From NCBI RefSeq assembly GCF_005696695.1, contig NZ_CP040006.1, positions 990,001 to 1,022,000 on the forward strand: a stretch of 32,000 bases of DNA. The letters run 5' to 3'. A program made the translations under genes and the position numbers. The notes under the pieces are model-generated. The model was not told where the DNA came from, did no database searches, and saw only the letters and a program-made list of their open reading frames with translations. Shown in pieces: positions 13,468-24,296 of the stretch. This stretch comes from Schaalia odontolytica (GTDB taxonomy: Bacteria; Actinomycetota; Actinomycetes; Actinomycetales; Actinomycetaceae). Numbering within the stretch: the stretch's first letter is position 1; each line of letters starts with the position of its first letter.

Positions 13468-16400
13468 TCACTTGCCTTCCGGCAGGTGGTAGAAGCCGTC
13501 CTCGCCGAGGCGGGCGTTCGGATCCAGCAGGATCGCGGCCTCGACCTCGTGCGCGTCACCGGCAACGCCCGCAGCCGGGTCGTCGGGCAGGCGACGACCC
13601 TCCACCGAGGTGAACAGCGGGGCGTGGCCCAGCATGCCCATCTCGATGTGACGCTGGCCGTTGCGCAGGCGACGATCCGACGCGGCACGCCACGCCTCGA
13701 GGCGCTCGCGTCCGGCCTCGCGCTCCACGATGGCCTCGAAGGCGGCCGGGTTGACCAGCGCCAGGAAGCCGGAGACGTGGCCGAAGCCGAGCGAGGTCGC
13801 GAACGCCGCGCGCACCGGTCCACGAGAGGACAGGTTGAGCGGGGAACGCAGCCACACGAGCGGGCTGTACTTCTCCATCGCGTCGTCGACGCAGTCCAGC
13901 GCGACGTTCGCGGGGATCAGACCCGTGCGGAACACGTCGATGATGCCGCCCACCTGGAACACGCAGGCGCCACCCTTCGCGTGACCCGTGAGGGTCTTCT
14001 GCGAGATCACCAGCAGCGGGTTACCGGGGGTGCGGCCCAGCGCCATGCCGACGCGAGTGTGCAGATCCGACTCGTTCGGGTCGTTGGCGTTCGTGGACGT
14101 GTCGTGCTTGGACACGAAGGCCACGTCGTCGATGCCCACGCCGAGTTCGGCGAGGTTGCGGGCGATGACCGAGTTACGTCCGCCGCGCGCCACCGCGAGT
14201 GCACCCAGGCCGGGGGCCGGAATCGAGGTGTGCGCGCCGTCGCTGAAGGTCTGCGCGTGTGCCACGACAGCCAGGACCGGCAGGTTCATGTCGAGCGCCA
14301 CCGACGCGCGGGTCAGCAGCACGGTGCCGCCACCCTGCGCCTCGACGAAGCCGCCGCGGCGGCGGTCGTTAGCGCGCGAGACGAAGCGCGAGGAGATACC
14401 GCGAGCAAGCAGCTCGTTCGAGTTCGCCGTCGCGTTCATCGCGCCGAAGCCCACGATCGACTCGACCTGGATGTCGTCGATCGCGCCGGCCACGACGAAG
14501 TCAGCCTTGCCGGCCTTGATCTTGTCGAGGCCCTCCTCGATGGACACCGCGGCGGTCGCGCAGGCGCCGACCGGGTTGATCATCGAGCCGTAGCCGCCCA
14601 CGTAGGACTGCATGGTGTGTGCAGCCACGACGTTCGGCAGGGTCTCCTGCAGGATGTCCTGCGGGTAATCCTCGCCCAGGAAGCGGTCGACGAAGAGCTT
14701 GTGCATCGAGCGCATGCCACCGAAGCCGGTGCCCTGCGTGGAGGCCACGGTCGCCGGGTGGACGACGCGCAGCAGCTCGGCGGGGCTGAAGCCGGCAGAC
14801 ACGAACGCGTCCACGGCGGAGACCAGGTTCCACACGGCGATCGGGTCGATCGAATCCAGCATTGAGGCCGGGATGCCCCAGCGAGCCGGATCGAAGTCCG
14901 TCGGGAACAGGCCGCCGATGCGGCGGTTCAGCGTCGCGCGACGCGGCACGCGCACCTGGGCACCGGCCTTGCGGGTCACCTGCCACTCACCGAACGCGGT
15001 CTGCTCGATGACGGTGAACTGTGGGTCAGCCTCGGCGTAGGAGCGAGCCTCGGCCTCGTCCTCGACCGTGAAGGTGATGTCGCGGTCCAGGAAGACCATC
15101 GCGGACTCGGGCGTGTAGCCGTCGTGCAGCGGGCCATCGTCGTGGAAGAAGCGCACGCCGGAGCGGGCCACGACCTCGTCACGGTAGCGATCGAAGATCT
15201 CCGACTCGGGCACCAGCTGGTCGTCCTTGTCGTACCAGCCGCCCACCGGGGTGTCCGACCAGGTCAGCAGGCCGGTCATCCACGCCAGCTCGAGCACGCC
15301 CGCGGGGGTGAGCTCGACGGAGCCGTCGGTGTGGATACCGAGCTCGGCCTGGACGCGGGTACGGGCACTGCCCCACGGGCCGACCTCGCCGTGACCGACG
15401 ATGACGACCGTGTCGGCCAGCGACGCGGTGGTGTCACCCCACTGCGAGGGGTCGACGTGCGGCACGGTGACCTGCGAGGGCGAGGGCAGCGCAGAGACGG
15501 TCGCGACCGGCTGCTCAGCAGGGGGAGCGGGGATGGCGGCCTCGGCCTGAGCGCGCAGGGCGCGCAGGTCGATGGAGGAGTCCAGGCCGCCGGTCAGGTC
15601 GGCGTCCACCGGGGAGGTGGCAGCCTGCGCACGCACCTCGGCGCTCGACAGGTTGAGCAGCTGCTCCGCCATTTCCTCGGTCGACCAGGTGCGAACACCC
15701 GCGGACTCGACGGCGGCGACCATCGGGTCGTTACCTCCCATGAGGCCGGTGCCACGCACCCAACCGATACGGGGGTGAGCAATCGAAACGCGCGAGCCCC
15801 AGATCGGTTCGGCCGCCCAGCGGGTTGCGATGGCGTCGAAGGAGGCCTTCGCCTCGGCGTACGCGCCGTCGCCACCGAAGATGCCGCGGTTCGGGGAACC
15901 GGGCAGCACGACGTGCAGGCGGTGGTCGGCGTGCGTGTCGGAACCGATCGCGCACAGGCCGGCGATGGAACGCTCGATGCTCCACAGCAGCAGGCGCATC
16001 TGGTTCTCAGAGGCTGGGCCCGCGTCAGCCAGCGTGCCGGAAACGCGCGGAGCAGCGAACGGGTAGAACAGCGTCGGGACCAGGGCTTCCTTGGTCACCT
16101 TCACGTCGGCGCCCACGGACTTCGTCTGCTCGGTGCCGATCCACTCCACGAGCGCATCCACGTCGCGGTAGGAGGCCAGGTTCGCGGGAACCAGCCACAG
16201 CTTCGCGCCGCCCGCGGCGTGCGTGCGGTACAGCTCCTTGGCGAAAGCCAGGCGCGAGGCGGAGATCGACGAGGAGGTTGCGATGACCGTCGCGCCACCG
16301 GCGAGCAGGCCACCCACGACCGCGCCACCGATGGAGGCGGGGGTCATGCCGGTGACCACGGCGACGTCGTTCGCGTAGGGCAGGTCCTCGGTGGAAGACA

Positions 16401-19400
16401 GCGCGTCGGCTGCGATCTGCTCGAGGCGAGCCGCGCGTTCGTGATCGCCCTCAGCGCGCAGGCGGTTCGCCCAGTACGAGGCCTGCTCGGCCACCGCGCG
16501 GCCGGTGCCCACGAAGGACGCGCCCTCGGCGAGCGTACCTTCGGCGACGTAGCGGGCAACGTCCTCACGGGCGGATGCCCAGCGGTCGTCCAGCAGGACG
16601 GCGCGTGCGGCGTCGAAGCGAGGCTCGACCAGGTCGACCCAGCCCGAACCCAGCTCGGCGGCGACGGCGTCGATGACGCGCGCGTCGTCGGAGGAGTCCT
16701 CGCCGGTGGGGGCGGGGGCGTTGAGACCCAGCTCGGACAGGATCGTACGAGCGGTCTTGGCCAGGACGCCGTCCTCACCCGTCACGGACGCGGCGTAGGC
16801 GTCCAGTGCGGCGGAGTCAACGACGCCGCCACCGGACGCGCCACCGGCGCTCGGCAGGGACACGGCAATACCTTCGCGGGCCGCGACGGCTGCCACGGCA
16901 GCATCGATGAGGGAATCGACGCCAGCGGCGTTCGTCGGGGCATCCAGCGGCAGGGTCGCCAGGTCGCCGTCACGGGTCGAGGCGCCCTCACGGGTGCCCA
17001 GGACGATCTCGGCGGTGACGTGGTGGGCCCAGCCGGGTCCCAGCTGCCACGTGCCGGTCACGCGGTCGGCGATGTGGCCGGCCTTGACGCCGGCGGCGCC
17101 GAACAGCTTGCGCGTGCGCTCCTTGACGGCCTCAGCGAGGACCGGGCCGAAGGGCTTGTAGCCCTTGGCAGCCTTGTCGACCGTTGCCGACAGCGTGGCC
17201 ACGTCGGCCTCGCCGGCGCCGTCGATCGAGTTCAGGCCCAGCTCGGAGGACATGTCCATGAGCAGCTGGTTACGGCGCGAGGACACGCCGTTGGTCAGCG
17301 ACTCGGTCGTGTCGGTGGCGCCGACCTCGTCGATGCGGATCTTCGCGGACAGCGCCAGCAGGGCGACGATGGCGGAGGACGCCGTGAAGGGCAGGTCCGC
17401 GACGTCGGCACCCGAGGGGCCGCCGGTCGGGGCAGCGGGGGCGGGGGCCGGAGCGGCCTCGGCGGCGGGGGCAGCCGGGGCGGGCTCGGGAGCAGCCTCG
17501 GCAGCGGGAGCGGCCGGGGTGATCTCCTCGTCCTCTTCGTCCTCGATCACGGCGACATCGGTCGCGTAGACGCGGGGTTCGTCGCGCTGGACGTTGAACA
17601 CGTCGACGCGAGAGAGCGCGAACTCGGGGGCGAGCAGGGTGCGGGAGGCCAGGTTGGCCAGGGTCGGGGCGGCGCCGAGGCCGACTTCGATGACCTGATC
17701 GACGCCCAGGCCGGCAACGCCGGGGTCAGCCTCTTCGGTCGACAGCAGTACGCGCTGCGTCTCGATCCAGCGCACCGGGGAGGCGAACTGCCAGCACAGC
17801 AGCTCGATGAGCAGCGTGCGGGTCAGGACACCCGGGTTGGCCAGGGCGGCGTCCCACGCGCCTTCCGCCTCGAGCAGCTCGCGCACCGTCTCGGAGGGAA
17901 CCACGTCGAGGATGGACTGAGCGAACTCGCGGGTGAGCTCGAAGGGACGCGCCACCAGGTTGGGGATGTAGCGGCCCACGAGCTTCGCGGGATCGATCTG
18001 CGCGGGGATACGCTCGTCGAGCTTCGTACGGAAGTCCGCCACGCCGCTGCGCAGGACAGTGGAGTGGAAGGGCACGTCGATGCCGGGAACGTACATGAAG
18101 GGACGCTTGCCACCGTGCTCGGCGGCGCGCTTGGTGGAGTCCTCCTCGAGGGCCTTCAGGCCCGCGACCGTACCGGCGACTGCGTACTGCTGGCCGGCCA
18201 GGTTGAAGTTGACGATCTGGAGGAACTCACCCGATGCCTGAGCGATCGATTCGACGTACTCCACGACGTGAGCGTCGTCGATGCCGAACTGGTTCGGGCG
18301 CAGGGCACCCATGCGGTAGTTCGAACGGCCGTTCTCGTCGCGGGGCACGAGCGAGTGCATCGTGGAACCGCGCTGGAAGACCAGGTCGAGGACGGTCTCG
18401 AGCGGGAAGACCTCGGCGTATGCGGCCAGAGCGTCGTACTCGCCCAGCGAGTGACCGGCGAAGGCAGCACCCGGAACCAGCACGCCCTCTTCACGCATGC
18501 GGGCCGTCTGGCCGATCGCCAGCGTCGCGAGCGCAACCTGCGTGAACTGGGTGAGGTTCAGGACGCCCTCGGGGTGACGGTAGGTCACGCCGCGCGCCAC
18601 GATCTCGGTCGGGTTGTCGCGCACGATCGCCAGGATGGAGAAGCCCATCGCCGAGCGGGTGTGTGCATCGGCGCGGCGCCAGACCTCGTCCACGGCCTTG
18701 GACTTGGTGCGCTCGTCCAGACCCATGCCCGCGCTCTGGATGCCCTGGCCGGGGTAGACGTAGGCGACCTTCGGGGCGAAGGTGTAGGCAGACGCGCGCG
18801 AGACGACCTGCTTGTTGATGCGGCAGGTGACCTCGAGGGACAGACCGCCACCGACGACGCGACCCACGCGCTCGACGGTGATCTCAACCTCGTCGTTCAG
18901 GTCGACGGTGCCGTACATGTAGTAAGTCCAGCCGGCGATCTGAGCGCCGCCCTGACCGGCGACAACGGCCTCAGCCGCGTGCTGAGCGGTGGCCGACAGC
19001 CACATGCCGTGCACGAGAGGCGCGTCCATGCCAGCGACCTTGGCGGCCGCGTAGGAGGTGTGGATCGGGTTGTAGTCGCCCGACACGATCGCAAAGGGCG
19101 TCATGTCGTCGGGAGCCTTGACGGTCACGCGGCGCAGGACCGAGCGGGGCGTGTCCACGACCTCGATCTTCGCGCCGCCGAAGGGCGCGGCCTCGGAGGG
19201 GGCGCGGTTGCCGGTGGCTCGGCCGCGGATCGCGAAGCGCTCCTGCGTGGAGCCTACGTACTCGCCGTTCGAGGTCAGTTCGAGGGCGACCGTGACGATA
19301 CGGCCGGAGGAGGACTCGTCGACGGCGGCCACGTGGCTCGTCACATCGATCGTCGTGATGCCGCGCTCGAGCATCTGCTCGGGCGTGTACTCCAGCGTGA

Positions 19401-22400
19401 TCGAGTGATCGAGGTGAACCGCGTTGAGCAGACCCTCGATGACCGGGTAGTCGTTGTGGATGGCCGAACCCAGCGCCGCGTAGATCGCCGGCCAGGCGGG
19501 ACCGAGCAGCGCGTCGGGTGCCCAGGCAGCCAGCTCGTAGTCGGCGGGCAGGGCAGCGCCCGTAGCCTCGGCGTGGTCGAAGCCCAGGGTGGGGGCCAGC
19601 GTGAAGGAGTAGTGTGCCTCGCCGAAGACGGACTTGGTGGAGGGAACCATGACGGGCAGGGCGTCCACGGTGTCACCGGCGACGGACACGGAGGTCACGC
19701 CGGCGGTCGCCGCGAGCATCGCGTACATGTGCTGGGGCAGCTTGGCCTCGTCGATGACCGGGACCGCGCCGTCTTCGCCGGACAGGACCAGCGGGAAGAC
19801 CAGCTCGCGCACCGCGTGCTTCTCAGCGCCGCGCGGGTCGTTGTCCCACGCAGTGTCGAGGTGGATGACCATGTCCACGCCGGTGTCGGTCGGGTTCAGG
19901 GACACGCGATCCTCGTCGAGGATGGAGGCGGGGTTGGTCATGAGGTGGCCGGTCCACGAGATGAAGGGGACCTTGCGCAGCCATTCCTCGCGGGTAGCGG
20001 CGGGCTTGCCGTTACCCAGGCGCGAGGCGACGGGCGTCGCGACGGCACCGGAGGCAGCAAGGCGATCGGCTGCTGCGGCCTCGAAGCGGCCCAGGAGGGA
20101 AGCGACGGGCTCGTCGACGCGGTCGATGCCGGCCACGGAGACGGGGCCGGGGATGATGCGGACCTGGTCGGCGGTGTAGCGCTCGTCCTGTGCCTGCCAC
20201 AGGCAGTCCTGGCCCCACCAGCGGATGAGGTCGTCGTCCAGGATCGGGACGAAGGGCATCGGCTTGGGGTAGGAGCGGCACAGGGCCGGGAACCAGGCAG
20301 CATCGATGGGGGTGACGTGCGTCGTCGCGGCGTTCGGGTAGGCGGCCATCAGGCGGTCGGCGGCGGCGTGCGCGTCGGCCACGTCCTCGACGGTCGGGAA
20401 CAGGGTTTCGACCTCACCGTGATCCACGGGCGCCAGACGCGCCTCGACGCGCTGGAGGAGGTCGTGGTAGCGGATCTGCCACGTGGGATCGACCCACGGG
20501 TAGGACAGGTCGGCGAAGCGGCGCACCCAGGCCTCGTAGGTCATCTCTTCGAGGTCACCGAAGTAGGGCTTGGCCGTGTGGGAGAGGATCTCGACGATCT
20601 CGTCCTTGCGGGCGCGCACCTGGGCGCCGTCGGAGCCGATCTCGGCGATGATGCGAGCGGCTGCAGCCGCAGCGTTGGAGACCTCGTGCATGTCGGCGCG
20701 CAGGTGCGACAGACCGGAGGTCATGCCGCCGCGGGTCACGCCCTCGCCGACCCAGCCGCCCAGCTCGTCGTTGTCGGGCACACCGGGCGTGGCGACGAGG
20801 AGTTCCTTGACCGCCTTGGTGGTGTGCGCTTCCTTCGTGGTCATCGCGGCGGTGCCCACGAGGACGCCGTCGACGGGCATCGGCGGGCGGCCGTAGCGAG
20901 CGGACCAGTCGCCGGTGAGGAAGTCAGCGGCGCGCTCCGGCGTGCCGATGCCGCCGCCCACGGTGAGGACGATGTTGGACTGGGCGCGCAGCTGGGCGTA
21001 GGTGGCCAGCAGCAGGTCGGACAGGTCCTCCCAGGAGTGGTGGCCGCCGGAGTGGCCGTCCTCGACCTGGACGATGACCTTGATCGGGTCGGCCTCGCGA
21101 GCGATAGCGATGACCTTACGGATCTGGTCAACCGTGCCGGGCTTGAAGGCCACGTAGGGGAAGCCGTCGGCGCGCAGCTGCTCGATGAGCGCCAGGGCCT
21201 CGTCCTGTTCGGGGATACCCGCGGAGATGACGACGCCGTCGATGGGGGCGCCGGACGCGCGCGAACGCGACACGATGCGAGCCTGGCCGAACTGGAGGTT
21301 CCACAGGTAGCGGTCCAGGAACATGGAGTTGAACTCGGCGGTGTGGCCGGGGCGCAGCTGGGCGCGCAGGCCCGCAAGGTTCTCGTTGTACACCTCTTCG
21401 GTGACCTGGCCACCGCCGGCCATTTCGGCCCAGAAGCCGGCGTTTGCGGCAGCAGCGACGATCTCGGGATCGACGGTCGTCGGCGTCATGCCGGCCAGGA
21501 GGACGGGGGAGCGGCCGGTCAGGCGCGAGAAGGCGGTGTCAACGACGGTCTTGCCGTCGGGCAGGGTCACGAGGCTGGGGCGCAGGTGCGACCAGTCGGT
21601 GCCGGGCTCGGGGGTCCAGCCGGGGGTCGCGGCCTTGTCGCGGTCGTAGGCGGTGCCTGCGGCGACGACGCCAACGCCGGTGCCCTCGACGAGGGCACGG
21701 GTCATGCGAACCGTCGTGGCACCCGGGCCCATGTCGATGATCCAGGTTGCGCCGGACTCGGTGGCCGCGCGGATCTGGGAGGGCCAGTCCACGGGGGTGG
21801 TGAGCACGGCGGCGCCCAGGGAGTGGGCCAGCTCGGCGTCGATACCGCACTGGGCGGCCCACTCGTCAACGAGGGCGAGGGCGTCGGCGAGCATGGGGGA
21901 GTGGAACGGCACGTACACCGGCAGGTATTCGCACACGGGGGTCAGCGGGCGGCCGCCGCGCTCGTGGGCGTCGTGCGCGGCCTTGTCCTTGGCGGCGGCG
22001 CGCTCAATGGCCGCAACGAGGGACGCCAGGTCGTTCGGGGCGCCCGACACAACGTGCGTGTCAGTGTCGTTGCGCAGAGCGATCGAGAGGGGATGCGAGG
22101 TCGACGGCAGGGAGTCGATGATGTGTCCGAGGAGAGCGTCGGACACGCCGCGCACGGACACCATGTAGGTCGCGTCGCCGGCGTGCGGGGCGCGAGCGCG
22201 GCGCGTGATGCGAGCGGCAGCCGCGCCGATCAGACGAGCGAGCGCGAACACGGAGGCAGCCCGGGCCTCGTCCCCGGCGATCCACGCGCGGGCGATCTCC
22301 ACGCCGAGCACGCCCTGGGAGTGACCCTCAAACGCGGTGGGCTGGTTGGCGACGATGTTCAGGCCGGCGCGCGTCAGATCGATGAGCGCACCGAGCTGGG

Positions 22401-22695
22401 CGGCGACGATACCGGGAACCGACAGGGCGGCCTCGTCCGGGCCAGCGACGTCGCGGGTCACGGCCGCAGACTCGGGAGCGGCGGGCAGCTCGAAGGGCAG
22501 GGAAGCAACCGACTGGGTGGCCAGCGAGCGGCGCACGGGGGAGAGCACCTGGTCCGAGGCCTTGATAACGCCGGCGACGATCTCGGCAATCTCGGGATCG
22601 CGAGCAATCTCGTCAAGGGCGGCGCGCCACGGGGTGGCCTGACCGGCAAAGGTCAGCGCGTAGGGGGTCTCATTCAGAGAGGACACAAACGACAT
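13468..22695 (-). CDS. fas: type I fatty acid synthase (bacterial FAS-I), about 3075 aa
   Basis: A single ORF carries these elements in order. Acyltransferase GHSQG (aa 132-136 of the track ORF). FMN enoyl reductase region (LLAGMTPTTVDPEIVAAAANAGFWAEMAGGGQ). Hot-dog dehydratase (GDYNPIHTS...LVHGMW). Malonyl/palmitoyl transferase GHSLGEY. An Ala/Pro linker followed by ACP (ELGLNSIDG). Ketoreductase Rossmann fold (VAVVTGMTPASIGG). Ketosynthase (GACATAAVS, KHDTSTNANDPNE, GHAKGGA). ATG 22695 is preferred over the TTG 22719 of the track because GGAAAG lies 9 nt upstream. Confidence 0.97.
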   Translation of the reverse strand: MSFVSSLNETPYALTFAGQATPWRAALDEIARDPEIAEIVAGVIKASDQVLSPVRRSLATQSVASLPFELPAAPESAAVTRDVAGPDEAALSVPGIVAAQLGALIDLTRAGLNIVANQPTAFEGHSQGVLGVEIARAWIAGDEARAASVFALARLIGAAAARITRRARAPHAGDATYMVSVRGVSDALLGHIIDSLPSTSHPLSIALRNDTDTHVVSGAPNDLASLVAAIERAAAKDKAAHDAHERGGRPLTPVCEYLPVYVPFHSPMLADALALVDEWAAQCGIDAELAHSLGAAVLTTPVDWPSQIRAATESGATWIIDMGPGATTVRMTRALVEGTGVGVVAAGTAYDRDKAATPGWTPEPGTDWSHLRPSLVTLPDGKTVVDTAFSRLTGRSPVLLAGMTPTTVDPEIVAAAANAGFWAEMAGGGQVTEEVYNENLAGLRAQLRPGHTAEFNSMFLDRYLWNLQFGQARIVSRSRASGAPIDGVVISAGIPEQDEALALIEQLRADGFPYVAFKPGTVDQIRKVIAIAREADPIKVIVQVEDGHSGGHHSWEDLSDLLLATYAQLRAQSNIVLTVGGGIGTPERAADFLTGDWSARYGRPPMPVDGVLVGTAAMTTKEAHTTKAVKELLVATPGVPDNDELGGWVGEGVTRGGMTSGLSHLRADMHEVSNAAAAAARIIAEIGSDGAQVRARKDEIVEILSHTAKPYFGDLEEMTYEAWVRRFADLSYPWVDPTWQIRYHDLLQRVEARLAPVDHGEVETLFPTVEDVADAHAAADRLMAAYPNAATTHVTPIDAAWFPALCRSYPKPMPFVPILDDDLIRWWGQDCLWQAQDERYTADQVRIIPGPVSVAGIDRVDEPVASLLGRFEAAAADRLAASGAVATPVASRLGNGKPAATREEWLRKVPFISWTGHLMTNPASILDEDRVSLNPTDTGVDMVIHLDTAWDNDPRGAEKHAVRELVFPLVLSGEDGAVPVIDEAKLPQHMYAMLAATAGVTSVSVAGDTVDALPVMVPSTKSVFGEAHYSFTLAPTLGFDHAEATGAALPADYELAAWAPDALLGPAWPAIYAALGSAIHNDYPVIEGLLNAVHLDHSITLEYTPEQMLERGITTIDVTSHVAAVDESSSGRIVTVALELTSNGEYVGSTQERFAIRGRATGNRAPSEAAPFGGAKIEVVDTPRSVLRRVTVKAPDDMTPFAIVSGDYNPIHTSYAAAKVAGMDAPLVHGMWLSATAQHAAEAVVAGQGGAQIAGWTYYMYGTVDLNDEVEITVERVGRVVGGGLSLEVTCRINKQVVSRASAYTFAPKVAYVYPGQGIQSAGMGLDERTKSKAVDEVWRRADAHTRSAMGFSILAIVRDNPTEIVARGVTYRHPEGVLNLTQFTQVALATLAIGQTARMREEGVLVPGAAFAGHSLGEYDALAAYAEVFPLETVLDLVFQRGSTMHSLVPRDENGRSNYRMGALRPNQFGIDDAHVVEYVESIAQASGEFLQIVNFNLAGQQYAVAGTVAGLKALEEDSTKRAAEHGGKRPFMYVPGIDVPFHSTVLRSGVADFRTKLDERIPAQIDPAKLVGRYIPNLVARPFELTREFAQSILDVVPSETVRELLEAEGAWDAALANPGVLTRTLLIELLCWQFASPVRWIETQRVLLSTEEADPGVAGLGVDQVIEVGLGAAPTLANLASRTLLAPEFALSRVDVFNVQRDEPRVYATDVAVIEDEEDEEITPAAPAAEAAPEPAPAAPAAEAAPAPAPAAPTGGPSGADVADLPFTASSAIVALLALSAKIRIDEVGATDTTESLTNGVSSRRNQLLMDMSSELGLNSIDGAGEADVATLSATVDKAAKGYKPFGPVLAEAVKERTRKLFGAAGVKAGHIADRVTGTWQLGPGWAHHVTAEIVLGTREGASTRDGDLATLPLDAPTNAAGVDSLIDAAVAAVAAREGIAVSLPSAGGASGGGVVDSAALDAYAASVTGEDGVLAKTARTILSELGLNAPAPTGEDSSDDARVIDAVAAELGSGWVDLVEPRFDAARAVLLDDRWASAREDVARYVAEGTLAEGASFVGTGRAVAEQASYWANRLRAEGDHERAARLEQIAADALSSTEDLPYANDVAVVTGMTPASIGGAVVGGLLAGGATVIATSSSISASRLAFAKELYRTHAAGGAKLWLVPANLASYRDVDALVEWIGTEQTKSVGADVKVTKEALVPTLFYPFAAPRVSGTLADAGPASENQMRLLLWSIERSIAGLCAIGSDTHADHRLHVVLPGSPNRGIFGGDGAYAEAKASFDAIATRWAAEPIWGSRVSIAHPRIGWVRGTGLMGGNDPMVAAVESAGVRTWSTEEMAEQLLNLSSAEVRAQAATSPVDADLTGGLDSSIDLRALRAQAEAAIPAPPAEQPVATVSALPSPSQVTVPHVDPSQWGDTTASLADTVVIVGHGEVGPWGSARTRVQAELGIHTDGSVELTPAGVLELAWMTGLLTWSDTPVGGWYDKDDQLVPESEIFDRYRDEVVARSGVRFFHDDGPLHDGYTPESAMVFLDRDITFTVEDEAEARSYAEADPQFTVIEQTAFGEWQVTRKAGAQVRVPRRATLNRRIGGLFPTDFDPARWGIPASMLDSIDPIAVWNLVSAVDAFVSAGFSPAELLRVVHPATVASTQGTGFGGMRSMHKLFVDRFLGEDYPQDILQETLPNVVAAHTMQSYVGGYGSMINPVGACATAAVSIEEGLDKIKAGKADFVVAGAIDDIQVESIVGFGAMNATANSNELLARGISSRFVSRANDRRRGGFVEAQGGGTVLLTRASVALDMNLPVLAVVAHAQTFSDGAHTSIPAPGLGALAVARGGRNSVIARNLAELGVGIDDVAFVSKHDTSTNANDPNESDLHTRVGMALGRTPGNPLLVISQKTLTGHAKGGACVFQVGGIIDVFRTGLIPANVALDCVDDAMEKYSPLVWLRSPLNLSSRGPVRAAFATSLGFGHVSGFLALVNPAAFEAIVEREAGRERLEAWRAASDRRLRNGQRHIEMGMLGHAPLFTSVEGRRLPDDPAAGVAGDAHEVEAAILLDPNARLGEDGFYHLPEGK
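17416..17544 (-). repeat. in-frame low-complexity linker inside fas: acidic run plus a tandem 13-aa Ala/Pro repeat
   Basis: The translation reads EDEEDEE-I-T-[PAAPAAEAAPEPA][PAAPAAEAAPAPA]PAAPTGGP. The two 39-nt units (17479-17517 and 17440-17478) differ mostly at synonymous third positions. Confidence 0.6.
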
Positions 22696-22739
22696 GTTCT
22701 TACTTTCCTTCGGGGACAATTCTTCTCAAACGACGCCGG

Positions 22740-24296
22740 TCACAGAGGGCCGTTATCGTGACGCTTGACGTGGGGTGCACGCTGGTCCTTCGTGGCCAGC
22801 AGGTGCAGGGAATCGATGATGGTCTGGCGGGTATCGGCGGGAGCGATGATGCCGTCGAGCTGGCCCGAGGACACGGAGACCTCGGGGTTGACGGTCTCCT
22901 CCTCGTAGCGGGCCACAAGCTCGGCCTTCGTCTCCTCGAAGGTCCCGTTCTCGCGGGCGGCAGCAAGCTCGCGGCGGTACATGATCGACGCCGCGCCCTC
23001 AGCGCCCATGACGGCGATCTGAGCGTCGGGCCACGCGAACGCCAGGTCCGCGCCGATCGACTTCGAACCCATCACGATGTAGGCGCCGCCGTAGGCCTTA
23101 CGCAGGATGACGGTCACCATCGGCACGGTCGCGTTCGCGTAGGCGACGATCACCTTCGCGCCGCGGCGGATGATGCCCGCCTGCTCCTGCTCGGTGCCCG
23201 GACGGTAGCCGGGAACGTCCACGAAGGTGACGATCGGCAGGCCGAAGGCGTCGCAGAAACGCACGAAGCGGGCCGCCTTCTCCGAGGCATCCACGTCGAG
23301 CGTGCCAGCATCGTTCATTGGCTGGTTTGCCACGATGCCCACCGACTGGCCATCGACGCACGCGAAACCGATCGTCACGTTGGGGGCGAACAGGTCCTGA
23401 ATCTCCACGTACTCGCCGTGGTCGACGAGCGAACGCACCACGTCACGCACGTCGTAGGGCTGACGCACCGACGTCGGCACCAGGTCGGCAACCGCGCGGG
23501 CCGCGGCCTCGTCCTCGGGATTGGGAATGTATTCGTACTTGGGGGGAGCGACCTCGCACGAGGAGGGCAGGTAGTCCAGCAGGGACCGCACGTAGTCGAT
23601 CGCCTCTTCCTCCGTGTCGGCCATGTGGTGGGCGACGCCGGACTGGAAGTTGTGAATCGCTGCGCCACCGAGCTCGTCGAGCGTGACCTTCTCACCGGTC
23701 GTCGCCGCGACGACGTCCGGGCCCGTCACGAACATGTGCGAGTTCTCGCGCGTCATGACGATGAAGTCGGTGAGGGCCGGCTGGTACACGGCGCCACCGG
23801 CGCAGGGCCCCAGGATGATTGAAATCTGGGGAACCAGGCCCGAGGCCTCGCACGTCTTCTTGAAGATGCGGCCATACTGGGCGAGTGCGACGACGCCCTC
23901 CTGGATGCGGGCGCCGCCCGAATCCTGGATACCGACGATCGGAATACGCATGCGGATGCCGCGGTCAATCAGGTCGACGATCTTGTCGCCCTCGACCTTG
24001 CCCAGGGTGCCACCGAGCACCGAGAAGTCCTGCGCGTAGGCGGCGACCATCCGGCCCTGCACGCGACCGAAGCCGGCGGCCACAGCAGAACCGATACGAC
24101 CTTCGCGCACAGAACCACCGATGAACTGACCGACCTCGTGCCACACGCCGTCGTCAAAGAAGAGAGACAGACGCTCGCGCGCCGTCAGCTTCTTTTTCGC
24201 GTGCTGGCGCTGGGCGGCCTTCTCCTCGGCGGCCTGAGCGATCGCGTCCTGGGCCTGAATGAACCCGTCACGCGTGAGCGGGCTGGGGGTGCTCAT
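22740..24296 (-). CDS. acyl-CoA carboxylase beta subunit (carboxyltransferase), 518 aa
   Basis: The protein has a PccB/AccD5-like carboxyl_trans architecture, with blocks LGGTLGKVEGDKI, DSGGARIQEG, GPCAGGAVYQPALTD, IRRGAKV and AYGGAYIVMG. Its ATG overlaps the upstream gene's TGA (ATGA). Confidence 0.92.
   Translation of the reverse strand: MSTPSPLTRDGFIQAQDAIAQAAEEKAAQRQHAKKKLTARERLSLFFDDGVWHEVGQFIGGSVREGRIGSAVAAGFGRVQGRMVAAYAQDFSVLGGTLGKVEGDKIVDLIDRGIRMRIPIVGIQDSGGARIQEGVVALAQYGRIFKKTCEASGLVPQISIILGPCAGGAVYQPALTDFIVMTRENSHMFVTGPDVVAATTGEKVTLDELGGAAIHNFQSGVAHHMADTEEEAIDYVRSLLDYLPSSCEVAPPKYEYIPNPEDEAAARAVADLVPTSVRQPYDVRDVVRSLVDHGEYVEIQDLFAPNVTIGFACVDGQSVGIVANQPMNDAGTLDVDASEKAARFVRFCDAFGLPIVTFVDVPGYRPGTEQEQAGIIRRGAKVIVAYANATVPMVTVILRKAYGGAYIVMGSKSIGADLAFAWPDAQIAVMGAEGAASIMYRRELAAARENGTFEETKAELVARYEEETVNPEVSVSSGQLDGIIAPADTRQTIIDSLHLLATKDQRAPHVKRHDNGPL

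Noticed and set aside
15124-22761. A 2545-aa ORF on the plus strand, opposite fas.
   Set aside because: It is a shadow ORF caused by extreme GC3 bias in the real minus-strand gene. The translation is Gly/Arg/Asp/Val/His-rich low complexity with no recognisable domain, whereas the minus-strand frame carries every FAS-I catalytic motif.
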